From the IMG/VR virus record IMGVR_UViG_3300027808_002667, positions 16,300-80,299 of that record: a stretch of DNA of 64,000 bases; one strand, written 5' to 3'. Of the stretch, positions 37,416 through 47,797 are shown piece after piece. Every line of letters begins with the position of its first letter. Position 1 is the first letter of the stretch. The notes beneath the pieces are model-generated. The model saw only the letters and a list, made by a program, of their open reading frames with translations, was not told where the DNA came from and made no database searches. The DNA is from a virus (taxonomy: Duplodnaviria > Caudoviricetes). The translations under genes were made by a program, and so were the position numbers.

Positions 37416-37991
37416 TTAAGCCAAAGTTGTAATTGCGTCTACCAATTGTTGTGCAGGATTATTAGAAAATTCAAAAGTTTGATACTGGAAAGATACCGAG
37501 AATGTCGATAACTGATCGTTGCTACCAAAGTCTAAACCAACTGCTCCCAATTCAACTGGGAAGGCGCCTATTAATTTATATTGTTTCAGAACTGCACCAT
37601 TACGGTCCAATTGAGAAATAAACATATCTGTTTGATATTGAGCAGGCTGTAATGCACCTGTTTTGTTTCCGAGATTTTCCATCCCGTTCATCCATTGTTC
37701 TATAGCGGATCTAATAGTAAATCCGGAGTCATTTAGAACTGTGCATTGGAACGGAGCAAATTCTCTGTCGCCAGCCATCTTAATTAGACGTCCTCTGTAA
37801 TATACAGGGGCAACACCAATGGTTTGCCCTGGTAATTCAGCTACACTAATTAAAAATGGGGACTTTGTTACGGCAGCTGCTCGCCCCGTAACATAGTTTG
37901 GAAATGTCAACTGAACCGCAAACTGATTGGGACGTGCCCCACCATTTGTTAGTTCCGATTTAAATCTCTCTACATTAAATGGTATTGCCAT
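37416..37991 (-). CDS. gp19: Tail tube protein gp19
   Basis: GGARPNQF, KMAGDREF, QLDRNG and FPVELGAVGLDF. Confidence 0.95.
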   Translation of the reverse strand: MAIPFNVERFKSELTNGGARPNQFAVQLTFPNYVTGRAAAVTKSPFLISVAELPGQTIGVAPVYYRGRLIKMAGDREFAPFQCTVLNDSGFTIRSAIEQWMNGMENLGNKTGALQPAQYQTDMFISQLDRNGAVLKQYKLIGAFPVELGAVGLDFGSNDQLSTFSVSFQYQTFEFSNNPAQQLVDAITTLA

Positions 37992-38006
37992 TTCTTATAC
38001 TCCTAT

Positions 38007-40679
38007 TTAGGCGCCGACTTCTTCAAACGACACGCCACTTCTTGTAGCTACAAAATTCAACTGAATAAAGTTGATTGCTCTTGCAGGCTTGATGAATATG
38101 TCCGCAACAAATTCATTACGGTCTACAACCGATCCTGGGTTATTCGTGTCATCACATATTACTCTAAAGTCTGTAATACCACGACGACCTTGCACATCTC
38201 TTAAGAATGGTTCAACAAGATTTCTAAATTGTGCTCTTGTGAATGGATCATTAAATTCAAATAATTGGAATTTAGATGCTGTAGAAATTGCTTTTTCTAA
38301 TACGATAAACAATCTACGAACATTGATACGATCAAATGCACTTGGTCTTGCCAATAGAGTTTTATCTCCAAATAACAATGTTCCTTGTCCAGGGAATGTT
38401 ACTACTGGATTAATACCTTTCTTGTACAGATCATCTCTGTCTGTCTTAGTAGGTGAGAAAGCCAATTTAACAACATTCTTAATAACGCCTCTGTTATAGC
38501 CTGCAGGAGAGAACCAAGGATCAGCAATGTAATCTGTTCTTGCAGCTAAGCCTGCGACGTCACCATTTAATGGAACATAACGATATTTATCATTGTAACG
38601 ATCGTACTGATATTTCCAACCAGAATCCAATACCGCAAATGAGGAGCTTGTTAAAGTATCTCTATATGCCGCAATTTTACTTGCTTGGTTCGTAGTGTTA
38701 ACAACATCTGTATATGGAGGAGATACAAATACTACACAATCTCTTCTTGATTCAGCAATACCAATAACAGTATTAACTACACCAACATTTGTTGTAGGTC
38801 CCATTGGAATTAAGCTTACATCATATAATTCGTCATTGCTAAATAATTCGTAACCGGCCTGTATATTTGCTGCAGAAACAGATGAACCTGTTACGCCGCC
38901 ACTTAATGTAGTTGTGATATTTGCAGATAATGTTGCAAATGCTTTAGCTGAACCTGTTGTGCCCCAATTTGTACCTGCCGTTGGGTGATCTAACCAACTA
39001 ATATATCTAGATTGATTGTTAATTACATCTTTGTAATAATTTGTAGAATTGTCAGAATTCTTGGCATCCGATGCTTTAGAAACATATGAGAATTTTTCAA
39101 GAATTGTACCAGCAGTTCCTGTCCAGTCGCCATTTGCATCTACAACAATTACGTGTAATTCGTCTGCAGAACCGTTTCTAGCAGAAACCCAAGCCGATGT
39201 GCTTGGAGCAGAATTGAATTGGTTAGCATATTGCCAGCCTGTAAATGTATTAGAATCTGCAACTGATACTTTTAATGAATTGCCCAATGTTCCTGGATAT
39301 TTAGCAATAAATTCCCCATATCCAAACCCACCTGTGCTATATTCGCTATCATATACATCTGAATTTTCAATTAATAATGCATCAAAAGATAGAGTTGCGT
39401 TTGCTGTTGCAGTACGATTTTGAGAATCAACGATTGTAACTGCAGGAACAGAAGTATATCCTGTACCGTTTCTCGTAATAGTAATACTATTAAGAGTGAA
39501 ACCAACTACTGCAATAGGATTTGCATTACTAGAAATAAATGCAGAATCGCCTAATACTGGAGTAATAATTACGTTGGGGGTAGATGTAAAACCCGAACCC
39601 GAATTCGTAACTGTGATACTACCTACTATTGCTTCTATTCTAGCAGTTGCGTTAGCAGTTGCACCACCTAAAAGATTATTTTTATTAATAGTAACATTTG
39701 GTGTAAAATTATAGCCACCAGCACCAATATTGATGATATTAATACTGTCAATAATACCGTAACCTAAATTAGCAGTTAAAACAGCACTAGTACCAGTGTT
39801 ACCATCTAAACGATTTAACACAATATTAGGTGCAGCGAGGTAACCGTTGCCATTATTTGTAATAGTGTAACCTGTAATAATATTGCCAGTAATAATAGGA
39901 TTCGCTGTTGCTTGTACGCCACCGGGCACTATCACGCCGCCAGAAATTGTAATATTACATGCTGTGCCTGCAGGTCCAAAATTTGAACCCGGGTTTGATA
40001 TTTGAATATCTTCTAACTTAAAGTGTATTACTAAATTTGCGCTTGCACTTGTTGACTGTTGATTTTGAATTACTACATTAGATAAACTATTATAGTTATT
40101 TCCTCCGTCTTGTACGTTGATTGCCCCAATGCCACCAGAAGTTAAAACAGCAATTGCTGTTGCGCCGGAACCGCCGCCGCCACTAACTGTGACTGTAGGT
40201 GTGGCAGAATATCCTGCGCCGCCAGTAGTTAAATTAATTGAATTAACTACACCGGTTGTTGATAGTACAGCATTTCCTAATGCTCTGGTACCACCTGCAG
40301 GTGCAGCAGCAAAAGTTACTGTTATATCAGCAGCTGATGCAAATGTGTTTGGTGTATTAGTAATTGTTACACCAGAAACTCTACCAGACGGTGTAGTAAC
40401 GGCGTTTCTTGCAACAGATTTATCTGCAACTCTAACTAATTTTAAATTATTTCCATATGATAAAAAGTTTGCCGCTGTGAAAAAATAACCTGCAGTATCG
40501 TCATTTGGGTTGCCAAATTGTTCTACAAGATTTCTCTCCGTGTCTACGGTTGTAACTTTTTCCACCGGTCCCCATTGAAAGGCTCCCGAAAATGCTCCAG
40601 CAGAAGTTGCTACCGCGGGAACAACCGTACTTTTATCTTCCTCGGTAACTAAAACGCCAGGTGAAAGCTGAAATGCCAT
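38007..40679 (-). CDS. gp18: Tail sheath protein gp18 with a large repetitive insertion
   Basis: MAFQLSPGV, FQWGP, AKYPG, WFSPAGYNRG, FDRINVRRLF and FIKPARAINFIQLNFVATR; 890 aa. Confidence 0.97.
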   Translation of the reverse strand: MAFQLSPGVLVTEEDKSTVVPAVATSAGAFSGAFQWGPVEKVTTVDTERNLVEQFGNPNDDTAGYFFTAANFLSYGNNLKLVRVADKSVARNAVTTPSGRVSGVTITNTPNTFASAADITVTFAAAPAGGTRALGNAVLSTTGVVNSINLTTGGAGYSATPTVTVSGGGGSGATAIAVLTSGGIGAINVQDGGNNYNSLSNVVIQNQQSTSASANLVIHFKLEDIQISNPGSNFGPAGTACNITISGGVIVPGGVQATANPIITGNIITGYTITNNGNGYLAAPNIVLNRLDGNTGTSAVLTANLGYGIIDSINIINIGAGGYNFTPNVTINKNNLLGGATANATARIEAIVGSITVTNSGSGFTSTPNVIITPVLGDSAFISSNANPIAVVGFTLNSITITRNGTGYTSVPAVTIVDSQNRTATANATLSFDALLIENSDVYDSEYSTGGFGYGEFIAKYPGTLGNSLKVSVADSNTFTGWQYANQFNSAPSTSAWVSARNGSADELHVIVVDANGDWTGTAGTILEKFSYVSKASDAKNSDNSTNYYKDVINNQSRYISWLDHPTAGTNWGTTGSAKAFATLSANITTTLSGGVTGSSVSAANIQAGYELFSNDELYDVSLIPMGPTTNVGVVNTVIGIAESRRDCVVFVSPPYTDVVNTTNQASKIAAYRDTLTSSSFAVLDSGWKYQYDRYNDKYRYVPLNGDVAGLAARTDYIADPWFSPAGYNRGVIKNVVKLAFSPTKTDRDDLYKKGINPVVTFPGQGTLLFGDKTLLARPSAFDRINVRRLFIVLEKAISTASKFQLFEFNDPFTRAQFRNLVEPFLRDVQGRRGITDFRVICDDTNNPGSVVDRNEFVADIFIKPARAINFIQLNFVATRSGVSFEEVGA

Positions 40680-40730
40680 CTTCTTCTCCTTGATAATTTT
40701 ATAGATAGCTCTATAATATGATTTTCTATT

Positions 40731-40738
40731 TATTTATA
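40731..40738 (-). promoter_or_regulatory. T4-type late promoter
   Basis: TATAAATA upstream of gp18. Confidence 0.8.
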
Positions 40739-40749
40739 AGTATGTTCAT

Positions 40750-42435
40750 TTAGACATTTTCAAGGAATTTTCTTTGCATTTCGTGAATCTCATCCGGAGA
40801 TTTCGAGGATGCTGTAAACCATATTTCGTCAGTTGTTATTACTGGGGCTTCGTGTTCTGGAACGCCCCTGTCAACAATACCAAACGGAGTCAGATTTTCT
40901 TCAATCTGTTTAAATTGTTCTTCGTACAGGGCTTTTCTTAAATTGCTATCAGTTAGGTCTTTAAAAAACGATTCGTTAGTTGCCCATGCAAACAGTACTA
41001 GAGTCATGACCAAATCGTCATGATATCCCTCGTCTGCTTTGTGTGTTCCTCGAACTTCAATAAACGTAGAAATTTCGTTTATAATATCTGGATCATGAAT
41101 TAGTAGTTTTGTGCCCTCAACTAAACTCTTGAACGATGTACATCCCAATCGTTTAACTTGTTTAGTTGTTCTCACACCAAGGGTTGCCCCATTTGAAAAT
41201 CCGCCAGACAGATACTGTCCCGATTTACTGTTATTTCCGACAAAGAATACATTTTCGTATTCTAAGTCCATGTATAATGTATCAGCCACTTGCTGGCCGT
41301 TGTCATTAATCTCAACTAAACAATATGCTTTGTTGTAATCTTTTGCTACTTTATATATTATATTTGGAAAAAGCAAAGGACTTATTTTATTGTTTCTATA
41401 CTTTGCAACGACAGAATACGGGTATGCTGTGATATCCAATACCGTAAATGCTGAGTAATCTCCCCCCACTCCTCTGGATGTATCAGCTACAAGCATATAC
41501 ACCTTGTCCTCTTCTGGTTCCTCAAATATATCTAAACCATCTTTACTATAGATATAGGGTTTAACCGACATTCTACCAATTGTATCCGGATTAACTAAAG
41601 TATTAGAAGACCCGAGGAATCTACATAAAACCTCTTGGTTGAACTTGAGTTCGCCCAGCATAGCTTTTTGTTCTGCGGCCCATTTCTCATCTCTACCAGG
41701 AATTTTGCTATATGGAATAAACAATGGAACAAACCCGTTTAATTTTTGCTCAGCTTCATTCCAGAATTTCCAGAAATGATTGTAGCCAAGCGGGGTAGAT
41801 GTCAATAGAATCTTTGTGGTATTACCAGCAGAAATTGTTGGATAAACAGATGTGAAGAAATCTTCTGCAACATTATTAGGAATAATTGCTGCTTCGTCAA
41901 TGTACAACCAGTTTACAGATTTGCCTCGAATACCAGATGAGCTTGTTGCAGCTGTAAATACTTTAGAACCATTCTCTAGTTCAATGTCACCTTTGTTGAA
42001 TGTCTTTACACCCTGTTGCATCCATATTGGAAGCATTTCATACATTAGTTCATATCTAGAAAGTACTTCTCGAGCAGCGGAGGATTTGTTTGCTAATATA
42101 GCAACTGTTTTATTTTCCTGAAATAATGTATACCAGAGAATACAAGCAGCCGCAGTAATTGTCTTACCTTGTTGCCGACCTTCCATCAGAATAACTTTAC
42201 GATTATTAAGTATAATGTCTACTTTTTCTTTTTGACAATCGTATAATTTAAAAGGAATTAAACCTTTATCCAATGAAACAATTTTACAATAATTCTCAAT
42301 AAAGTAAATTGGGTCTTGACTGCATTTTATAATTTCTTTAACCTGTTCCGGAGAATACGATATAATCGTACCAATCTGTTTTAGATTGGGGTTACCATTA
42401 TAGGATAATTTTTTACTGGTCGATGATTTTGTCAT
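40750..42435 (-). CDS. gp17: Terminase large subunit gp17
   Basis: RQQGKT, YIDEAA, STPLG, ADTSRGVGGDYS and HDDLVM. Confidence 0.97.
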   Translation of the reverse strand: MTKSSTSKKLSYNGNPNLKQIGTIISYSPEQVKEIIKCSQDPIYFIENYCKIVSLDKGLIPFKLYDCQKEKVDIILNNRKVILMEGRQQGKTITAAACILWYTLFQENKTVAILANKSSAAREVLSRYELMYEMLPIWMQQGVKTFNKGDIELENGSKVFTAATSSSGIRGKSVNWLYIDEAAIIPNNVAEDFFTSVYPTISAGNTTKILLTSTPLGYNHFWKFWNEAEQKLNGFVPLFIPYSKIPGRDEKWAAEQKAMLGELKFNQEVLCRFLGSSNTLVNPDTIGRMSVKPYIYSKDGLDIFEEPEEDKVYMLVADTSRGVGGDYSAFTVLDITAYPYSVVAKYRNNKISPLLFPNIIYKVAKDYNKAYCLVEINDNGQQVADTLYMDLEYENVFFVGNNSKSGQYLSGGFSNGATLGVRTTKQVKRLGCTSFKSLVEGTKLLIHDPDIINEISTFIEVRGTHKADEGYHDDLVMTLVLFAWATNESFFKDLTDSNLRKALYEEQFKQIEENLTPFGIVDRGVPEHEAPVITTDEIWFTASSKSPDEIHEMQRKFLENV

Positions 42436-42838
42436 CTTTTTTACCTAACAATTTCATTAGTTCGCTAGTAGAACCAGCAAACACTACATTATTTTGTGTT
42501 CCAATTTGAACCGGATCGTCCGCCTGTAGTTCTTTAACCTGTTTCTGCAACCCCAACAAATCTTTTGAAACATCAGATAAGGTTTTAATAAATTGCCCCG
42601 TTACCTCATAGCTTCTAGGATGCTCAGAATTTTTAGATAGACTAATTAATTCCTCTAAAGTGTCTTCACCTTTTAGCAACAATTTTCTCATTGTTTGTCT
42701 GGCCAATTGGTAATCATCTTCCTGATCCATTGCTTTTGTTGCATTTAAATTTTCAGGAATTGTGGGCAAATTTGTATTTTCAGTTTCATCCATCGGATTG
42801 ATATTAAAAATATCATTCAAATTTTCTATATTTTTCAT
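42413..42838 (-). CDS. gp16: Terminase small subunit gp16
   Basis: DYQLAR, EHPRSYEV and VFAGSTSELMKLL. Confidence 0.9.
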   Translation of the reverse strand: MKNIENLNDIFNINPMDETENTNLPTIPENLNATKAMDQEDDYQLARQTMRKLLLKGEDTLEELISLSKNSEHPRSYEVTGQFIKTLSDVSKDLLGLQKQVKELQADDPVQIGTQNNVVFAGSTSELMKLLGKKDDKIIDQ

Positions 42839-42840
42839 AG

Positions 42841-43590
42841 TTAAAAGTCTTCAAAGTTTTCAATATATCCAAACGAATCGGTTACATTTGCAGTTACCGG
42901 ATCGGGTTGTACTGTTATTATTTGTTGCTGAGATGTAAGCTCCGCATCATTAAAAATATTGGATGTTGTCTTTTTAATAATACCTTGTTTACTAACAGGA
43001 CCGTAAAAATTAAGTTTTAGTACAAAACTCAATGTCCATATGATAGATCTTCTTGTAGTTAGATCTCCCTCATAATCATCTTCAAATCCTATAGAACTTA
43101 AGATTATAGGCAAATCGTTTTTAATATTAAGTTGCGGTACAGCTTTAATAGTTAAATTATAATCAGGATTAAAATAAGGTAGAATTTGTTCTATTACTTG
43201 TAATCCATCATCTTGATTTTTTGCATATACATATAAAATTACATTTATATTATAAGGTGTTGGGGCATATTGAGCATTTGCTGCAGTTGAACTATTAATT
43301 GTTCTTGATTGTTGAATTGGACTTATTTTTCTGTTGGGATCATAATCCAGCGATATCATCTCAAATCCCATTCTAGGCAATAAGACTTGTACATTCTGAG
43401 TATCTACATCGGGTAGTTGTCTTATCTTAGTTAAGAATTTTTGTTTAGGCGAATATGATAACGGTACTTTTTGTAGTTGCACTACATTGCCATCAGCATC
43501 TGTTCTTTGTATGGTAATATTATTAAACATATTACCAAACGCAACGATTGCTTTACGGATTGTTCCCCAATAAAAACGTTGATCTAACAT
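42841..43590 (-). CDS. gp15: Tail sheath stabiliser / completion protein gp15
   Basis: FYWGTIRKAIVAFGNMFN, VPLSYSPKQKF, LPRMGFE and EQILPYFNP. Confidence 0.93.
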   Translation of the reverse strand: MLDQRFYWGTIRKAIVAFGNMFNNITIQRTDADGNVVQLQKVPLSYSPKQKFLTKIRQLPDVDTQNVQVLLPRMGFEMISLDYDPNRKISPIQQSRTINSSTAANAQYAPTPYNINVILYVYAKNQDDGLQVIEQILPYFNPDYNLTIKAVPQLNIKNDLPIILSSIGFEDDYEGDLTTRRSIIWTLSFVLKLNFYGPVSKQGIIKKTTSNIFNDAELTSQQQIITVQPDPVTANVTDSFGYIENFEDF

Positions 43591-44339
43591 TATTTGTTAA
43601 CCTCACCAAACGGATTTCTTTCAGAAAAATCCAAAACGTTATCTGCTTCAGCAGTAAAATAATCATTATCCGCGGCAGTTGGATCATTATTTGTAGATTG
43701 TGTTTCATTAATTATAGGAGACAATGCGTTTGCTTCTGTAACTAAAGTTTCACCATTTTCTTGTAGCATTTCAAAATTGTCTAATGGGTCGGCAAATTGT
43801 TTAAATATGTCATCAATCTCACTAACTCCCGTATCAAATACTTCATTAGAGTATTGCATCAATTCGCAACTCATTCTAAATACAAATAACTTACCTACCT
43901 GGAAAAAAGGACTTTGGCTATCTACTTTTCGAATCTCAAATAAAGATTTTGTCAAAGGCATATAAATTATATCACCTTCTGCTGGTCTAATACTTAATAC
44001 CGAAGTACCAGTTGATCCAACTGTCTCGACCCACCTTTTTCTAGCAACAACAAAATTAGCCTGATCTCTGATTTCCAAACCGAATTTAGTAATTATTTCA
44101 TCATCACCGTCGTAACCCGAAACATTTTCCATATACATCTCAATTGGATAAGCATGTTCATAACTATTATAAGGATCTTCAGTTAATATAGGATCGGGAT
44201 TATACGGTTTTCTAGGTAAATAGTAGACTTCTACGCCGTAAATCTTCATGGATTCGATAATCAAATCTTCGTATAAATTCTGTTCAGAAGAACGACCTAT
44301 TGTTCTACCTGACTGAAAATAATGATTAACTGTTGCCAT
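43590..44339 (-). CDS. gp14: Neck protein gp14
   Basis: EDLIIESMKIYG, KFGLEIRD, RPAEGDIIY and DFSERNPFG. Confidence 0.94.
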   Translation of the reverse strand: MATVNHYFQSGRTIGRSSEQNLYEDLIIESMKIYGVEVYYLPRKPYNPDPILTEDPYNSYEHAYPIEMYMENVSGYDGDDEIITKFGLEIRDQANFVVARKRWVETVGSTGTSVLSIRPAEGDIIYMPLTKSLFEIRKVDSQSPFFQVGKLFVFRMSCELMQYSNEVFDTGVSEIDDIFKQFADPLDNFEMLQENGETLVTEANALSPIINETQSTNNDPTAADNDYFTAEADNVLDFSERNPFGEVNK

Positions 44340-44346
44340 TTTACTA

Positions 44347-44375
44347 TTGACTTCCTATTGACATGATGTTATCAT
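44347..44375 (+). promoter_or_regulatory. Antisense sigma70-like promoter in the gp13-gp14 spacer
   Basis: Plus strand TTGACT-tcctattgacatgatgt(17)-TATCAT with an extended TG, opposite to all genes. Confidence 0.55.
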
Positions 44376-44407
44376 CATCTATGTACCGGTTTAATAAAGT
44401 CTACAAA

Positions 44408-45151
44408 TTATCCAGTAAACATATCTACTGGTAATTCAAATCTAGATTGCATCTCTGCTTCAATCTTGTTTATCTCATCTAATGCGTCTTCATAAATTTT
44501 ATCGGCATTAAGTGTTACACCTCCAGGAAGTTGAACTCCGCTGAATTTTTTAAGATTCTCTCCCCATTGTCTTTTAAATAGAGCAGTGGTATATTGCTTT
44601 AAGAATCTGTCGTTATATACATCTCTGTATGTATCTGGGTCTAATATTCTGTAGCATTCCACAATGATGTAATCCCCTACATTTACATCACCTGCCCAAT
44701 CCATATCAATGTACAACCTATTCATGTGCCTATTGAAACGGACTGGCTTTGTTCCAACCAATACTTGATTTATCAATTCTAATTCTTGTTTAACCTGATA
44801 GTAATATATTAGGTTTGTAGACATTAAACTATATAGATCGTTAATCAATATTTGGTAACGAATACTAAAAATATTCATACCATCTGATCTATCAGAAAAC
44901 GGTAAAATTCTACTAACACCTACAACAGAATCAGGTATTGGTACATATAAGTTTGCTATATCTTGAGCCGTTATTTGGTGTTTTAAGTAGACCATTTCTA
45001 CAGCATCATAATGATAATCTCTATAGAATTGAAAAGCATCATCTATACGATCTTCGATTTGATCGTCGTCTATATTAATTTCAATAACAGGCGCACCTAA
45101 TCTGCGCAAGCAATAATCTTTAAGTTGTTCTCTTGTTGTTACTGTTGCCAT
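44408..45151 (-). CDS. gp13: Neck protein gp13
   Basis: YCLRRLGAPVIEIN, KRQWGENLKKFSGVQLPGGVTLN. Confidence 0.95.
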   Translation of the reverse strand: MATVTTREQLKDYCLRRLGAPVIEINIDDDQIEDRIDDAFQFYRDYHYDAVEMVYLKHQITAQDIANLYVPIPDSVVGVSRILPFSDRSDGMNIFSIRYQILINDLYSLMSTNLIYYYQVKQELELINQVLVGTKPVRFNRHMNRLYIDMDWAGDVNVGDYIIVECYRILDPDTYRDVYNDRFLKQYTTALFKRQWGENLKKFSGVQLPGGVTLNADKIYEDALDEINKIEAEMQSRFELPVDMFTG

Positions 45152-45477
45152 TATTTTGTTACTCCTGGATTTACGGTAACTATACCTTCTGTTATTCTTA
45201 TAACACTATTAGCATTATATGCTTCAACATCATATAGGTATCTGCCTGCTACTAAATTTGTAGTAACGGTTGAATCTAAATTCAAAGATACTATTCCATT
45301 TGCAACATCTGTAATTTGTGAAGTAAAACTTATAGCGTTTGCGCTATAATATGAACGTCGTAGTTGAGATCTTACAGCATACCCCGTCAATGAGGTGGGT
45401 GTTTTATTGTCTATATAATAAACACTTGTAGTAAAGCTTGCGCCTTGATCTATATTTAAATTTTTAGTTGTAGCCAT
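45151..45477 (-). CDS. Putative virion structural protein
   Basis: NLNIDQGASF, QLRRSY, GRYLYDVE and RITEGIVTVNPGVT pattern. Confidence 0.6.
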   Translation of the reverse strand: MATTKNLNIDQGASFTTSVYYIDNKTPTSLTGYAVRSQLRRSYYSANAISFTSQITDVANGIVSLNLDSTVTTNLVAGRYLYDVEAYNANSVIRITEGIVTVNPGVTK

Positions 45478-45671
45478 TATAGCCCGTTATTTTTTATTTC
45501 GTTGTCAACTAATGTCATTAAATCATCGTTTATTGTTGTGTGGATTCCCGATAATATAACTCTTACTTTGTCTTTAACTTTCTGCAATGAACCCACGGTT
45601 TCATAAATTTCTGCAGTTATAGTTGTAGTATCCGCAACATGATCTGCGGTAAGTTGTGTAATATTAATCAT
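45477..45671 (-). CDS. Hypothetical protein
   Basis: Short ORF with overlapping start/stop junctions on both sides. Confidence 0.5.
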   Translation of the reverse strand: MINITQLTADHVADTTTITAEIYETVGSLQKVKDKVRVILSGIHTTINDDLMTLVDNEIKNNGL

Positions 45672-46150
45672 TTGAATCTTCCGTAATAAATTCTATATGC
45701 TAAGTTAATTATGTCATCGCCAGCAATATTAATAAATCCTTGTCGGTCAAACTTGTGCTTGCATACTATTTTTAAAATTCCAGGTTCAACTATTGTTGTT
45801 ATAATAGATGAACCAAGATACAATCCTGTACTAGGTTGTATAATTTCTCTAATCATAACTGAACCAGACCCACTAATTACAGAACTTCCTGAACCTGCAA
45901 CCCCACCATTTACTTTATAAAATGGCATAACAAAGTAGTCATCAGTATTTATTAAAGAATTATTAATCAGAATAAATTCGTCAGAACGATCTACATAGTT
46001 GGCAGTTGGACTTAACGCTAATACTTTTGGAATATTAATAACGCCCGGTGTGTTATACAGTATATGTGGCATTCTTCTATTCAAAGAAAACTTAGTATTT
46101 CCCGACCTATCGGTTATATTGAATGCGCCAGAATTTAAAGAAATACCCAT
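45668..46150 (-). CDS. Hypothetical tail-fibre-associated protein
   Basis: Beta-rich ORF in the tail fibre cluster. Confidence 0.5.
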   Translation of the reverse strand: MGISLNSGAFNITDRSGNTKFSLNRRMPHILYNTPGVINIPKVLALSPTANYVDRSDEFILINNSLINTDDYFVMPFYKVNGGVAGSGSSVISGSGSVMIREIIQPSTGLYLGSSIITTIVEPGILKIVCKHKFDRQGFINIAGDDIINLAYRIYYGRFK

Positions 46151-47292
46151 TATTGAATTCCAAGATAAACTAAATTGCCTGTTATCTCCACGCTTCCGTT
46201 TAGGAAATAATTAGTTGTGTTATATTTGTATGTTAAAGAAGAACCAAGACCAGCAAGAGTTTCTCCCTGGGGCCAAATAATAACGTCTGTCTGTAATGTG
46301 ACCGCACCATTTCGTTCATCATATAAACCACCACTTTGAGGATCCTCGCCACTAGCATTTTCTATAGTTCTGCCTTCATTATAACCAGTTGTTATATAGT
46401 GAATAGTTGCATTATAAGTATCATATCCGTACAATGATCTAATATCTGCATATTTGTTTAAATACGCAATAGGATCAAACGTAATTGTTCTATCACCTTT
46501 TTCATTTGCATAATGTAATTGACCTTTAGTGTAATCTGATCCGTATGCAAGAATTAAATCTGTATAACTAGCAATATATCTTAATGCATCCGCGGGTGAA
46601 ATATAAAATAAGTTTATTGGCAATACACCGTTTGTTCCTTCAGGTTCTCCCGGAATACTATTTAAATATGAGTTAGGATTTATAGTTGTCGGTATTGAAG
46701 TTATTTCCTCATTTCCGGAAAGACCTCTTAAGAATAGATTTAAATCTGTTGGTATATACTCATAAACACCATTTACTAAATTTGCAGTATACAATAAATT
46801 TTTGCTAATTTCTATAGCATATCCTAAATCATTTGGTTGTTCTGTATAAACGTATTTGGAACCAACTCTTTCCCAATTATAATATGTATACTTTGTTTGT
46901 TTAGTAATCAACCCTGTGAATGTTTGACCACCTACAAAGAATTGAAAAAATCCTGTTCTAACAGGTGGCTTATCTAATAGTAAAAGATTAATAAATGTAT
47001 TAGTATTTAAATCACCGTTAACAGAATAGTTTTCTATAAATGGTCCTAATACTGGAACATCCGGTCCAATATTTTCTCTTTTACTTATTTGACTGTAATC
47101 TGTAATCTTTATACCGGTCTGCGTTTCTTGATACAATCGCAAATCATTAGACTGTAAAGTTTTAGTAAAAGCGTAGTTTGCCGCAGATGAATATTGAGAA
47201 GTATTTTTGTAAAGATAACTATTGTCTGTACTAAATACATTACCCATTGAAACAAAATCTTGGGTTAAATTTAAAAGATATACATTAGCCAT
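46150..47292 (-). CDS. Tail accessory protein with bacterial-surface-protein-like repeats
   Basis: Two repeats, ALRYIASYTDL...HY and FDPIAYLNKYADI...HYITTGYNEGR; start moved to the ATG at 47292. Confidence 0.55.
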   Translation of the reverse strand: MANVYLLNLTQDFVSMGNVFSTDNSYLYKNTSQYSSAANYAFTKTLQSNDLRLYQETQTGIKITDYSQISKRENIGPDVPVLGPFIENYSVNGDLNTNTFINLLLLDKPPVRTGFFQFFVGGQTFTGLITKQTKYTYYNWERVGSKYVYTEQPNDLGYAIEISKNLLYTANLVNGVYEYIPTDLNLFLRGLSGNEEITSIPTTINPNSYLNSIPGEPEGTNGVLPINLFYISPADALRYIASYTDLILAYGSDYTKGQLHYANEKGDRTITFDPIAYLNKYADIRSLYGYDTYNATIHYITTGYNEGRTIENASGEDPQSGGLYDERNGAVTLQTDVIIWPQGETLAGLGSSLTYKYNTTNYFLNGSVEITGNLVYLGIQ

Positions 47293-47293
47293 A

Positions 47294-47797
47294 TTAGAAA
47301 GATGGTACCGATGCTGTATTTTCAAACGCTAACAATGTGTATCTTCTTGTTAGTGTTGTTAATGAATCTGTATTAACAATATTTCGTTCTTTAATATAAA
47401 ATTTAGTACTATCCATTGCTAATGATACAATCCTAAATGAATTGTTATTTACAATTTGTACATATGTGTGTCCTGCTATAATTTCTCTTGTGTCATAATC
47501 TATTAAAATTGCAGCAGGGACATAGCCAAAATTGTGTATTGCTATAGTATACTCATTTGTATTTTTAGTTGTTACTGTTGGATCGGGGTCCGCGGTAACT
47601 AAAGAATAATTTTGAACAAAATCTGTTTTCTGTATTATATTTAAATAGTCGAATCTAGTATCAAAATATATTCTATTCAAATATGTTGTTGGATTTGTCA
47701 ATGGTAAATTACTACCCTGTTGTCCCGTGGGATTATTGAAGATAGATACTACCTTTTTACCACCAGTTGTGCCCGCCCACAAAACATTAGTTGTCAT
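47294..47797 (-). CDS. Hypothetical tail-fibre-associated protein
   Basis: ORF directly after the tail fibre; resembles 45668..46150 in composition. Confidence 0.5.
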   Translation of the reverse strand: MTTNVLWAGTTGGKKVVSIFNNPTGQQGSNLPLTNPTTYLNRIYFDTRFDYLNIIQKTDFVQNYSLVTADPDPTVTTKNTNEYTIAIHNFGYVPAAILIDYDTREIIAGHTYVQIVNNNSFRIVSLAMDSTKFYIKERNIVNTDSLTTLTRRYTLLAFENTASVPSF

